This document shows, piece after piece, positions 27,818 through 36,118 of a DNA stretch of 64,000 bases (positions within the stretch are counted from its first letter, which is position 1; every line of letters starts with the position of its first letter). The notes beneath the pieces were generated by a model. It had not been told where the DNA came from. It ran no database searches and saw only the letters and a list, made by a program, of their open reading frames with translations. The position numbers and the translations under genes are program-made. This stretch comes from Nanobdellota archaeon (GTDB lineage Archaea; Nanobdellota; Nanobdellia; Pacearchaeales; GW2011-AR1): NCBI GenBank assembly GCA_024654565.1, contig JANLHM010000010.1, positions 1,461 to 65,460 of the forward strand. Direction: 5' to 3'.

Positions 27818-28272
27818 TATTTTTTCACCTTGTTTAACCTTATTGCATCCTGGACTATATTTAAGAATCGTTCGGGATTGTTTATATTTTTTACGCTTAT
27901 GCTCGCTTCGTTCATAAATCTCCTTATATTGATAGTTCCATACCCTAAAATTCTTTTATACAACCATTGATCTAAATCAATATCTGAAATTGAAGTAAAA
28001 TCAATTTCTCTTATATTCTTGTTAACAATTCCTTTACTCTCAATTAAAGCCATATCCGTTATTGCCCACCAATTCCTTATTCGATGGATTTCTATAAATT
28101 TAATCAAAAATAAAATAAGGACAATTGCAATTATCCATAAATTTGTAGAAAGTTCAATCCCCTTGAAATAAAAATAACCTAAAACTCCAATTAACAAAAG
28201 AATAAGGAAGTAATAAAAAAGATAAGCCTTCCTTGAAGTCCAAACCTTAAGAAGAATCTGTTCTTTTTTCAT
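27817..28272 (-). CDS. Membrane protein with bacterial-type PH (bPH_2/YdbS-like) domain
   Basis: Two TM helices followed by ...WWAITDMALIESKGIVNKNIREIDFTSISDIDLDQWLYKRILGYGTINI. I chose the start MKKEQILL (ATG 28272). Confidence 0.55.
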   Translation of the reverse strand: MKKEQILLKVWTSRKAYLFYYFLILLLIGVLGYFYFKGIELSTNLWIIAIVLILFLIKFIEIHRIRNWWAITDMALIESKGIVNKNIREIDFTSISDIDLDQWLYKRILGYGTINIRRFMNEASISVKNINNPERFLNIVQDAIRLNKVKK

Positions 28273-28327
28273 TGGATAAGGAAGGGGATTTATGGTTAAA
28301 AAGATTACTATCCAGAAAGTAAATTTA

Positions 28328-30040
28328 TTATTTTTTGTCTTTCTCAACTTCAGGGTGAGTATGACCTTTTTTTAGTCTCTCTTTAAGAGTTTTCAACTCT
28401 TTACCTCTCTCAATTTTATAATTTTCCCTCTTATCTTTTAAACGTTCAATCATTCTTGAAACATACTCCCCCCCTAAAAAATGTGGAAGTATTACGTAAT
28501 CCGCTCCTGATTTGTAAAGTTCAAGAGCATCAGAAATTTGCCTTCCTGTGAGAATTGTGACTGGACTCGCTTTATTTCTTTTTAAGACATCAAGTATCAA
28601 TTGGTTAGTTTCTTTTTCGGGAACTGTTGAAACTATTAATGACGCCTTGAAGATTCCCAGGTCTTCCAAGAACTCAGAATCTTCAACATCCCCGTATATT
28701 GCGTCAATACCTTCTTTATTTAGTTCTTCAATAATTTCTGGGTCATAATCAACTACAAGAAATTTCTTTGTTACTTTTGAAAAGGCCTTCACTATTGAAA
28801 AACCTATTCTATTGTAACCTAAAAGCAGGTAGTCATAATCTTTTTTTGGAAAGTCTTTCTCTCTTGTTTTTTTCTTTTCAAATATTGTCAGGAAATTTGA
28901 AATTTTTGGAAAAATCTTTTCAGAATACATTATAAGGTAAGTGCATCCAAAAATAGTAATAAGACTAATTAAAGTTACAAATGACAAAATCTCCTGAGAA
29001 ATATGTCCTGCTTTCATTCCAAGCGCAATAAAGATAAGTGAAAACTCTCCTATCTGCGCGACGGTAAGTCCAGACATAAAACCTGTTTTTTTGCTATACC
29101 CAAAAAATCCCATAAGAGAGATCACAATAAGAGGATTTCCTATAACAACTAAAAGAGAGAAAACAATTGTTGGAATAACTAGTGAGCTAATGTCTACAAA
29201 GATAATCTGACTTCCAAGAATTATAAAAAATGAAATCAAAAAGAAATCTCTCAAGGGTTTTAGTTTAGAACTGATCTCAAAACTATATGGAGACATAGAA
29301 AGCATTATTCCTGCAATAAGTGCCCCAACTTCAAGTGAAAACCCTGCATAAAGGAAAAGTAGTGAGAGACCAAATCCCCAGGAGATTGCAAAAACAAACA
29401 AAAGTTCTTGAGACTTTGCAAAAAAATCACTAAACTTTGGAAGGATATAATGGCTTATTGGAATCAAAACTAAAATTAAAACAACCCCTTTTAGAACAGT
29501 TGAAAATAAAATGTCGCTTGCACCTGCCCCCCCTGCAAGAGAAGAAACAACAATTAATGCAAAAATTGCAACCAAGTCCTGAACTAACAAAAACCCTATT
29601 GAAATTTTTCCATATAACTTTTCAAGAGCATCTTTATCTGAAAGAAGTTTTAGTATAATTATTGTTGACGAAAAAGTTAAAGCAATTGCAATGTAAATTG
29701 AGGTGATGACTGAAAACCCGAGTAATGTTCCAAGGAAGTACCCTATAACAGAGGTAAAAAGAATTTGCCCAATTCCTGTAATGAGGGAAATTTTACCCAC
29801 TTCCTTTATAATCTTGGGGGATAAATGAAGCCCAACAATAAAAAGTAAAAAAGCAATTCCCATCTCAGAAAAAATGGTAATTGTCTGATTGCTTTGAATT
29901 AAATTGAGGAACAGGGGACCAACGAGAATTCCTGACAAAATATACCCAATTATGAGTGGTTGTTTCAAAAGCCTAACTACAATTGAAACTGCTAAAACTA
30001 CTAAAATTATCAAACCAAATTGTATAAATGAATCAGCCAT
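28328..30040 (-). CDS. Kef-type cation/proton antiporter (CPA2) with C-terminal RCK/TrkA-N domain
   Basis: About 12 TM helices, then LLLGYNRIGFSIVKAF...VVDYDPE (a Rossmann-like RCK domain). Confidence 0.85.
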   Translation of the reverse strand: MADSFIQFGLIILVVLAVSIVVRLLKQPLIIGYILSGILVGPLFLNLIQSNQTITIFSEMGIAFLLFIVGLHLSPKIIKEVGKISLITGIGQILFTSVIGYFLGTLLGFSVITSIYIAIALTFSSTIIILKLLSDKDALEKLYGKISIGFLLVQDLVAIFALIVVSSLAGGAGASDILFSTVLKGVVLILVLIPISHYILPKFSDFFAKSQELLFVFAISWGFGLSLLFLYAGFSLEVGALIAGIMLSMSPYSFEISSKLKPLRDFFLISFFIILGSQIIFVDISSLVIPTIVFSLLVVIGNPLIVISLMGFFGYSKKTGFMSGLTVAQIGEFSLIFIALGMKAGHISQEILSFVTLISLITIFGCTYLIMYSEKIFPKISNFLTIFEKKKTREKDFPKKDYDYLLLGYNRIGFSIVKAFSKVTKKFLVVDYDPEIIEELNKEGIDAIYGDVEDSEFLEDLGIFKASLIVSTVPEKETNQLILDVLKRNKASPVTILTGRQISDALELYKSGADYVILPHFLGGEYVSRMIERLKDKRENYKIERGKELKTLKERLKKGHTHPEVEKDKK

Positions 30041-30142
30041 ACTTTTTCCCCTTAAATATTCTTAAAAAATGGATTTCTCATTTATAATATTTGTGAAAGT
30101 GCCCCAGTAACCATTAAAAACCCTTTTTTCTTTTTTAATCTC

Positions 30143-30553
30143 ATGGATTCATATGAAAACCTGCTCAATGAAGCTTATTCAAAAGTTAAAGTTATAGAAG
30201 GAACAGGGGAAAGGTTTGAAATCCCTGGTATTGAAGGGAGGTTTGAAGGAAAAAAAACCGTCCTTACAAATTTTTTTAATGTAGCCTCTCACTTAAGAAG
30301 AAATCCTGAACACATTTTAAAATTTTTAACAAGAGAACTTGCAGCAAAAGTAGTTATCCAGGGGGACCGGGTAATTTTCAATATGAAAGTATCAAGTAAA
30401 AAGATAAACCCAAAAATAGAACAATATGTTGAAGAGTTTGTGATATGTAAAGAATGCAGAAAACCCGATACAGAAATAATAAAAGAAGGAAAATTCAACA
30501 TGTTACACTGCCTTGCTTGCGGGGCAAAACATCCAATTCATTCAAAAATATAA
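30143..30553 (+). CDS. eif2b: Translation initiation factor aIF-2 beta subunit
   Basis: YENLLNEAY...GKKTVLTNF...RNPEHILKFLTRELA, and a C-terminal zinc ribbon CKECRKPDT...CLACG. Confidence 0.9.
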   Translation: MDSYENLLNEAYSKVKVIEGTGERFEIPGIEGRFEGKKTVLTNFFNVASHLRRNPEHILKFLTRELAAKVVIQGDRVIFNMKVSSKKINPKIEQYVEEFVICKECRKPDTEIIKEGKFNMLHCLACGAKHPIHSKI

Positions 30554-30632
30554 CTCTGATTGGGCGCCAGAAGCTTTAAAAAAACAAATTATTTAGGTTG
30601 AATATCGAAAGAAAGCGATAAGGAGGTAAAAA

Positions 30633-30827
30633 ATGGTAAAAGGATATTGCGTTAAATGTAAAGAAAAAGGCAGGGAAATGAAAGATGTTTCTATAAAGCA
30701 GAATGCAAGAGGCGGCTACATGGGTCAGGGAACATGTGTTTCATGCGGAACTAAGATGTCAGCAATGATGTCAAAAGAAAATGCCGAGAAAGCTGTTGCA
30801 TCTGGAGAAGCTAAAAAAGCTTACTAA
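30633..30827 (+). CDS. Small zinc-ribbon protein (CxxC...CxxC), unknown function
   Basis: CVKC...CVSC. A strong Shine-Dalgarno-like AAGGAGGT lies 7 nt upstream. Confidence 0.6.
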   Translation: MVKGYCVKCKEKGREMKDVSIKQNARGGYMGQGTCVSCGTKMSAMMSKENAEKAVASGEAKKAY

Positions 30828-30872
30828 GGAAGTTTATTTTTTATTTTTTTTTGTTGTCAATGGAGATCTCAA

Positions 30873-31178
30873 ATGTTTGTAAATATAATAGAGTCTTATA
30901 GAAATGTTGTTGCAGTAGCAGATAAAGAGCTAGTTGGAAAACAATTTTTTGAAGGAAATAAACAGCTTGATGTAAAAGAATCTTTTTATAAAGGGAAAAA
31001 CGAAAACCCTCTTTCACCTGAAGAAGTAACAGAAGTTCTGAGGGAATACTCAAAGGAAGATGCGACGTTTAACATTGTTGGAAAAAATTCTGTTTCCTGT
31101 GCCCTTGAATCGGGAGTAATCTCAGAAGAGACAATTATGGAAATAGACGGGATTCCCTATAGTTTAGTTTTATTGTAG
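30873..31178 (+). CDS. DUF424-like archaeal protein
   Basis: VVAVADKELVGKQFFEGNKQLDVKESFYKG resembles the conserved DUF424 N-terminal pattern. This is from memory and was not searched. Confidence 0.5.
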   Translation: MFVNIIESYRNVVAVADKELVGKQFFEGNKQLDVKESFYKGKNENPLSPEEVTEVLREYSKEDATFNIVGKNSVSCALESGVISEETIMEIDGIPYSLVLL

Positions 31179-31200
31179 TTTAGTTTTATTGTAGTTTATT
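31160..31200. repeat. 16-nt tandem duplication (TAGTTTAGTTTTATTG x2.5) spanning the stop codon of the DUF424-like gene
   Basis: Read directly: copies at 31160-31175 and 31176-31191, with a partial copy at 31192-31200. Confidence 0.85.
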
Positions 31201-31486
31201 AAAATCTGTCATCAAGTGAACCCTCTCTAACTCCGAGAGTTACAGCAATGTCCACCATTGAACAAAGATGTGTCAAATTGGTCAAATCATAAACCCCAAT
31301 AACTCCAGTTACCTTTCCTATGTCTCCCCTATTTTTGCCAACTAAATTACCTTTGTATTTTAAATAATCCCATTTTTCATTTTCTTTATCGATAGTTAAT
31401 CCTTCAATAGTTTCTTCAGAAAATCTTTTAACAAAAAGAGAATAACCCCCAAAATGTTCTAACACAATTAAATTGTTTAAGTCCAT
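31199..31486 (-). CDS. Hypothetical protein
   Basis: 95-aa ORF with no recognisable motif. Confidence 0.4.
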   Translation of the reverse strand: MDLNNLIVLEHFGGYSLFVKRFSEETIEGLTIDKENEKWDYLKYKGNLVGKNRGDIGKVTGVIGVYDLTNLTHLCSMVDIAVTLGVREGSLDDRF

Positions 31487-31577
31487 TTTAAAAAAAATAA
31501 TTAATTCTATATAAAATTAACGAGGGCATAACCCATTCATCCAAAACCCTTATAAAGAAATTTTTTGATTATTATAT

Positions 31578-31910
31578 ATGGCATATTACAAAAAAAATAA
31601 GAACCAAAACGAAGAAGAGCCTTCAATTACAAGGGCTCCACTTCCAAAAGGTCGTGAAGTAATTGGAATTATTGAACAAAGATATGGGGGAAATAAAATG
31701 AAAGTAAATTGCCTTGATAAAAAGGACCGAATGGGCAGAGTTCCAGGGAGATTAAAAAGACATTTGTGGCTGCGACCCGGGGACGTCGTAATTATTGAAC
31801 CATGGGAACTTGATAATGAAAAAGGGGAAATTCTCTTAAAATACAAACCCAATCAAATTGCATGGCTCAAAAAGAATGGATACCTTGAAAAGGATGAAGA
31901 AGAATTCTAA
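31578..31910 (+). CDS. eif1a: Translation initiation factor aIF-1A
   Basis: S1-like OB core EVIGIIEQRYGGNKMKVNCLDKKDRMGRVPGRLKRHLWLRPGDVVIIEPW. Confidence 0.9.
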   Translation: MAYYKKNKNQNEEEPSITRAPLPKGREVIGIIEQRYGGNKMKVNCLDKKDRMGRVPGRLKRHLWLRPGDVVIIEPWELDNEKGEILLKYKPNQIAWLKKNGYLEKDEEEF

Positions 31911-31958
31911 AAAAGATCCCCCAAAACCCTTATAATCTTTAATTTTTTACTTAAAATC

Positions 31959-32468
31959 GTGACCGTAATAATAACAGACAAAATTGTAAGAATCATAAAA
32001 AACAGAAAGAAACTTGAAAAAGTCTTAAAAGTGAAAATCACGAATAAAGGCCAAGAAGTGACTTTCGAGGGATCTCCTGAAGACGAGTATGAAGCGACAA
32101 GAGTACTTAGTGCACTTGACCTAGGGTTTAGTTTTTCTGATGCAATCTCGATAAAACAAAAAGAACTTGAATTTGGAATAATAAACATAAAAGACTTTGC
32201 AAGAAGAGGAAACCTTGAAAAAATAAGAGGTCGAATAATCGGAAAAGACGGAAAGGTTCTTGCAGCACTCTCACAACTAACAAACTGTTCATTAGAAATA
32301 AAAAATAATGAAATAGGAATAATCGGCAACCCTGAAGAAGTAAAGCCTGCAATTGATTCAATAGTTCACATCATTCAGGGAGGAAAACATGCAAATGTTT
32401 ACAAGGGACTTGAAAAAAGGGACGAAGAGCCACTTGTTGATTTGGGGTTGAAGGGAAAGAATAAATAA
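31959..32468 (+). CDS. KH-domain RNA-binding protein (archaeal Dim2/Pno1-like)
   Basis: RGRIIGKDGKVLAALSQLTNC carries a GxxG KH motif, and there is a preceding degenerate KH domain. GTG start. It follows aIF-1A, as is common in archaea. Confidence 0.7.
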   Translation: MTVIITDKIVRIIKNRKKLEKVLKVKITNKGQEVTFEGSPEDEYEATRVLSALDLGFSFSDAISIKQKELEFGIINIKDFARRGNLEKIRGRIIGKDGKVLAALSQLTNCSLEIKNNEIGIIGNPEEVKPAIDSIVHIIQGGKHANVYKGLEKRDEEPLVDLGLKGKNK

Positions 32469-32474
32469 AAACCT

Positions 32475-32482
32475 TTAAATAA
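32475..32482 (+). promoter_or_regulatory. Consensus TATA box (TTTAAATA) 26 nt upstream of the tRNA-like 5' fragment
   Basis: Perfect match to TTTAWATA at the position expected for a tRNA gene promoter. Confidence 0.5.
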
Positions 32483-32508
32483 GAATTTCTTTAGAATTAT
32501 TATATATG

Positions 32509-32532
32509 TCCCGATAGCTCACATTGGAAGGT
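32509..32532 (+). pseudogene. 5' tRNA fragment (acceptor 5' strand plus D-stem/loop only)
   Basis: GTCCCGATAGCTCACATTGGAAGG versus GTCCGAATAGCTCAGTTGGTAGAG in the intact tRNA-Asn. No anticodon arm, T arm or 3' acceptor strand follows. Confidence 0.55.
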
Positions 32533-32566
32533 AAAATTTATAAAGTTTACCGCTATTGAACTATAA

Positions 32567-33334
32567 ATGTATGTTAAAGTAAAAAATCAAAAAAGACTAA
32601 TAAAAAAAGCCATAGCTAAAGCCGGTTCTTATAGAAAACTGTCAAAATCACTTTTAATCCCAAAATCTTCTTTAACAAGATATCTTAATTTGGAAGCACT
32701 TCCCAAAAAAAGATTTGGGAAGATAATCGATTTTCTGAAAATAAATGAAAAAGATACTAAATTCCAATTATTAGAAGATAATTGGAGACAAGTCATAGGA
32801 GGAAAAAATTCTGTAAAATCAAGAATTAAAAATGGTACTTTTAAAAAACAACTTTTAGATGCTCAAAAAAAAGGAGGAGGGAAGATAGGGGATTGGCATA
32901 AGAAAATGAAACTTGAAAACCCAAAAGAATATTATTTAATGCAATATGAAAAATTCAAAAAAATTGGAGGCTATAAATATATCACAAATAATAATGAAAA
33001 AGTAAGGAATCATCTTGAAAAAGAAACTGCAGACAAATTAAAAGAATTGGGAATCAAATATAAATACGAACCCCTAATTAGGGTTGGGAACAAGTGGTTT
33101 TTTCCTGATTTCTTAATAAACAACAAAATAATCATAGAGTGCACTGAATGGCGAGGGGAGATAAAAGCATATAAATTAATGGAGAAAATAAAAATCTTAA
33201 ATAAAAAATATAAAATCTATGTCTTAATCCCAAAAAAACTGGAAAAATATTACCAAAACCTTAAAAAGCATTTGATTTTTGATGTTACAGAGATAAGTCC
33301 GAATAGCTCAGTTGGTAGAGCGAACGGCTGTTAA
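32567..33334 (+). CDS. HTH-containing protein with C-terminal Vsr/DUF559-like (PD-(D/E)XK-type) endonuclease domain; its 3' end overlaps tRNA-Asn
   Basis: N-terminal GSYRKLSKSLLIPKSSLTRYL (HTH-like). The C-terminus LEKETADKLKELGIKYKYEPLIRVGNKWFFPDFLINNKIIIECTEWRG follows the E...L...gi...e......pDF....iiiE pattern of DUF559/Vsr-like nucleases. The last 12 codons and the stop are encoded by tRNA-Asn nt 1-38. Confidence 0.55.
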   Translation: MYVKVKNQKRLIKKAIAKAGSYRKLSKSLLIPKSSLTRYLNLEALPKKRFGKIIDFLKINEKDTKFQLLEDNWRQVIGGKNSVKSRIKNGTFKKQLLDAQKKGGGKIGDWHKKMKLENPKEYYLMQYEKFKKIGGYKYITNNNEKVRNHLEKETADKLKELGIKYKYEPLIRVGNKWFFPDFLINNKIIIECTEWRGEIKAYKLMEKIKILNKKYKIYVLIPKKLEKYYQNLKKHLIFDVTEISPNSSVGRANGC

Positions 33335-33369
33335 CCGTTAGGTCGGAGGTTCGAGTCCTCCTTCGGACG
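33297..33369 (+). tRNA. tRNA-Asn (anticodon GUU)
   Basis: Hand-folded. Acceptor GTCCGAA/TTCGGAC. D arm GCTC-AGTTGGTA-GAGC. Anticodon stem AACGG/CCGTT with loop CTGTTAA. T arm GGAGG-TTCGAGT-CCTCC. Discriminator G. Followed by a T-run. Confidence 0.92.
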
Positions 33370-33418
33370 TTTTTTCTTATTCCGTAACCCTTAAAACCTT
33401 TTCAAAACATTTATCTGA

Positions 33419-33883
33419 ATGTCAAATGAATTTGAGTTATTATATAAAGAAGACCAAAAATCAATAGAAAAATGGTCAAAAGATGAACTGACTAACAAAG
33501 AGTTTTATAGAAGAAATAAAAAATTAAGAAAAGAGATAGATCATTTACTAAAAATAAAAAAGAAAATATCGGGAAAAGATTATTTCATCTCTTCAATAAT
33601 TTTCCATCATAATTACAAATTGTTAACATCAAAGAAAGCAGTTAAATTTGCAAAGAAGTCTTATGAGAATGGATATAAACAAGGAAAATGGTTAATTGCA
33701 TCAACAACTGATCGACTGCTTCAATTAGAAGGTAAACCTCAAAAATTTGGAACACAGGTGGTTAATATGAAAGACAAAAAATTAAAAATTTACAAATTAA
33801 ACAAAAAAACAACTGACAAAGAAAGAAAAGAATATGGTCTTCCCTCATTAAAACAATTAAAAAAAGAGTATGGAATAAAATGA
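33419..33883 (+). CDS. Hypothetical protein
   Basis: 154-aa K-rich ORF. Its stop overlaps the mnmA start (ATGA). No confident motif. Confidence 0.45.
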   Translation: MSNEFELLYKEDQKSIEKWSKDELTNKEFYRRNKKLRKEIDHLLKIKKKISGKDYFISSIIFHHNYKLLTSKKAVKFAKKSYENGYKQGKWLIASTTDRLLQLEGKPQKFGTQVVNMKDKKLKIYKLNKKTTDKERKEYGLPSLKQLKKEYGIK

Positions 33884-34995
33884 ACATTTTCAAAAGAAAA
33901 CCAAAGGAAAAAATCCTTCTTGCAATGTCAGGAGGAGTAGACTCTTCAGTTGCTGCACTCCTTTTGAAAAAAAAAGGTTATCACGTTTATGGGGCTTTTA
34001 TGAAAAACTGGTCAGACACCAAAAATAAGTTGACTGGAGAGTGTGCCTGGGTAGAAGAAAGGAACAATGCTATAAAAATTGCAACAAAACTTGAGATTCC
34101 TTTTGTTACTTTAGACTTTGAAAAAGAATACAAAAGTCTTGTAGTTGATGAGATGTTCAAAAAGTATAAAATGGGTATCACTCCAAACCCAGATATTGAC
34201 TGCAATGAAAAGATAAAATTTCCCCTTTTAATTAAGGCTGCAAAAAATGCAGGAATAAATTTAATTGCAACAGGACATTATGCGAGAATAAAGAAAAAAG
34301 GAAATAAGTATGAATTACACAGGGGAAAAGATGAATCTAAGGATCAATCTTACTTCTTATACAGACAAAGCCAAGTTGACTTATCCAAAACAGTTTTTCC
34401 GATAGGAGATTTAACAAAAAAGAAAGTTCGTGAAATTGCAAAAAAAAATAAATTTCAAAATGCTGATAAAAAAGGAACTGTTGGAATTTGTTTTATTGGA
34501 AAAGTTAATCTTAAAGAATTTTTGTCTAAAAAAATAAAACCAAAAAAAGGAAAAGTTCTCGACCCCGAGGGAAACTTAATTGGAGAACATGATGGAGTAT
34601 ATTATTACACTATTGGTCAAAGACTTGGGCCCAGATACGGTTTTGAAGTCAAAAGAGAAAGTGAAAACCAGGCAAAAATGAAGAAGTGGTATGTTGCTAA
34701 AAAAGATATTAAAACAAATACCCTCACAGCAGCGCCAGAAGGAGATCCTATTCTTTATCGAAAAGAAATTTTTGTCAAGGACCTCCATTTAATAGATATT
34801 AACAAGAAAGTCCTTCCAAAAAAAGTTTTTTCAAGGATAAGGCAAGTTGGCGAACTTATTCCTTCAAAAATAGAAAACAAAAACGGAAAATTAAAAGTAA
34901 CTTTGAATGAAGCAATAACGGGGGTTTCGGAAGGTCAGGCAATCGTTCTGTACGCTGGAACAAAATGCCTCGGCGGAGGAGTTATAAGTTTTTAG
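33880..34995 (+). CDS. mnmA: tRNA-specific 2-thiouridylase MnmA
   Basis: PP-loop AMSGGVDSSVAA, and the catalytic-Cys contexts NPDIDCN and GICFIG. Confidence 0.9.
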   Translation: MNIFKRKPKEKILLAMSGGVDSSVAALLLKKKGYHVYGAFMKNWSDTKNKLTGECAWVEERNNAIKIATKLEIPFVTLDFEKEYKSLVVDEMFKKYKMGITPNPDIDCNEKIKFPLLIKAAKNAGINLIATGHYARIKKKGNKYELHRGKDESKDQSYFLYRQSQVDLSKTVFPIGDLTKKKVREIAKKNKFQNADKKGTVGICFIGKVNLKEFLSKKIKPKKGKVLDPEGNLIGEHDGVYYYTIGQRLGPRYGFEVKRESENQAKMKKWYVAKKDIKTNTLTAAPEGDPILYRKEIFVKDLHLIDINKKVLPKKVFSRIRQVGELIPSKIENKNGKLKVTLNEAITGVSEGQAIVLYAGTKCLGGGVISF

Positions 34996-35034
34996 AAGAA
35001 TAAATTTATAAACTAGAATAAAATAATCTCCTAA

Positions 35035-35391
35035 ATGAAAAACTTCGCACCAGATATATTTAGACAAAGAATGATAATTGAAGGCATTTACACTGTAAAG
35101 ATGACTCCTAAAATATTAAAAAATTGCATGCACGAGTTGTCGGTAAAACTTGGGATGAAGATTATCTATGGTCCGATTGTTAAAAATATCGCAGAAAAAG
35201 TAAATCCTCTCCACGGAGGATATGAGTCAATACTCATTTGGGCTGAATCCGGAGCTTCAATTTATACTTGGAAAAGGAATAATTTTTTCACAGTTGACAT
35301 TTACACCTGTAGAAAGTTTGACCCAAAAGTTGCAGTTGAACACATAAAAGAAAAATTTGGTGCTAAAGAATTAGACTTTAAAGAATTTTAA
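35035..35391 (+). CDS. S-adenosylmethionine decarboxylase-like (SpeH/pyruvoyl family) protein
   Basis: The size and the pattern ...IWAESGASIYTWKRNNFFTVDIYTCRKFDP resemble SpeH (ES processing site, ...HTxPE..., D-I-(F/Y)-T-C). The match is divergent. Confidence 0.5.
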   Translation: MKNFAPDIFRQRMIIEGIYTVKMTPKILKNCMHELSVKLGMKIIYGPIVKNIAEKVNPLHGGYESILIWAESGASIYTWKRNNFFTVDIYTCRKFDPKVAVEHIKEKFGAKELDFKEF

Positions 35392-35443
35392 CCCATAAAT
35401 TTGTTTTCTAAAAACTTAAATATCCATATGTCCTTAGTAAATT

Positions 35444-36019
35444 ATGGAGTTAAATGATGCAATTAAGGACAGAAAAAGCATAAGAAAGTTTTCAGGAAAA
35501 AAACCCGATTGGAGAGATATTATTGAAGCAATACACTCAGCTCAATATGCTCCAATGGCAGGAGGATTATTTCATATGAAATTTCTTATCGTTGATGACG
35601 AAAGGTTAATTAATGAAATTGCAAATTGGTCAGAGCAATCATTTATCTCTGAAGCAAAATATGTTGTTGTTGCAGTTTCCGATGAAGGAATAGTTACAAC
35701 ACCTTTTCCAAAAAATGGAGCACACTTTTCAACTCAACAGGCAGGAGCCGCAATTGAAAACTTTCTTTTGAGCTTAACAGATTTTGGTTTGTCAACCTGT
35801 TGGGTAGGACACATGAATGAAGAAAAGATTAGAAAACTCTTGAAGATTCCTGAAGACTACACTATTGAAGCACTTTTCCCGATTGGATATGCAAATGAAA
35901 AGGGAAAAATGAAAAAACCAAAAGCAGATATTTATAACATTCTTTATTTCAATGAGTGGGGAAATGACCGAATGAGAAAAATTGAGAAGATTGATTCTCG
36001 TGCTCCTGAAGGATATTAA
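35444..36019 (+). CDS. Nitroreductase-family flavoprotein
   Basis: AIKDRKSIRKFSGKKP...IIEAIHSAQYAPMAGG is a typical nitroreductase N-terminus. Confidence 0.8.
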   Translation: MELNDAIKDRKSIRKFSGKKPDWRDIIEAIHSAQYAPMAGGLFHMKFLIVDDERLINEIANWSEQSFISEAKYVVVAVSDEGIVTTPFPKNGAHFSTQQAGAAIENFLLSLTDFGLSTCWVGHMNEEKIRKLLKIPEDYTIEALFPIGYANEKGKMKKPKADIYNILYFNEWGNDRMRKIEKIDSRAPEGY

Positions 36020-36046
36020 TTAGAATTTAAAAAATCTATTTCCAGA

Positions 36047-36068
36047 AAAAATCCCGAGGAGGATTTTT
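36047..36068. terminator. Hairpin between convergent genes (AAAAATCC-CGAGGA-GGATTTTT)
   Basis: 8-bp stem with a 6-nt loop, read directly. Its arms give an oligo-T run (5-6 T) when read on either strand. It lies between the nitroreductase (+) and ftsZ (-) 3' ends. Confidence 0.3.
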
Positions 36069-36118
36069 CAACCCTCCCCTATAAGCGAAAAATAATTTAT
36101 TCAAAATTGAATTGTTCT

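Noticed and set aside
31160-31200. The 16-nt x2.5 tandem duplication at the DUF424-like gene stop, considered as a regulatory element
   Set aside because: It is short and AT-rich and sits between convergent genes. It is most simply replication slippage. It is recorded as a repeat feature only.
32509-33369. The 5' fragment plus downstream tRNA considered as one tRNA gene with a giant ORF-containing intron, or as a split tRNA
   Set aside because: The downstream tRNA-Asn is complete and folds on its own. The fragment's acceptor strand (GTCCCGA) does not pair with the only available 3' strand (TTCGGAC), and I see no matching 3' half (TCGGGAC) nearby.
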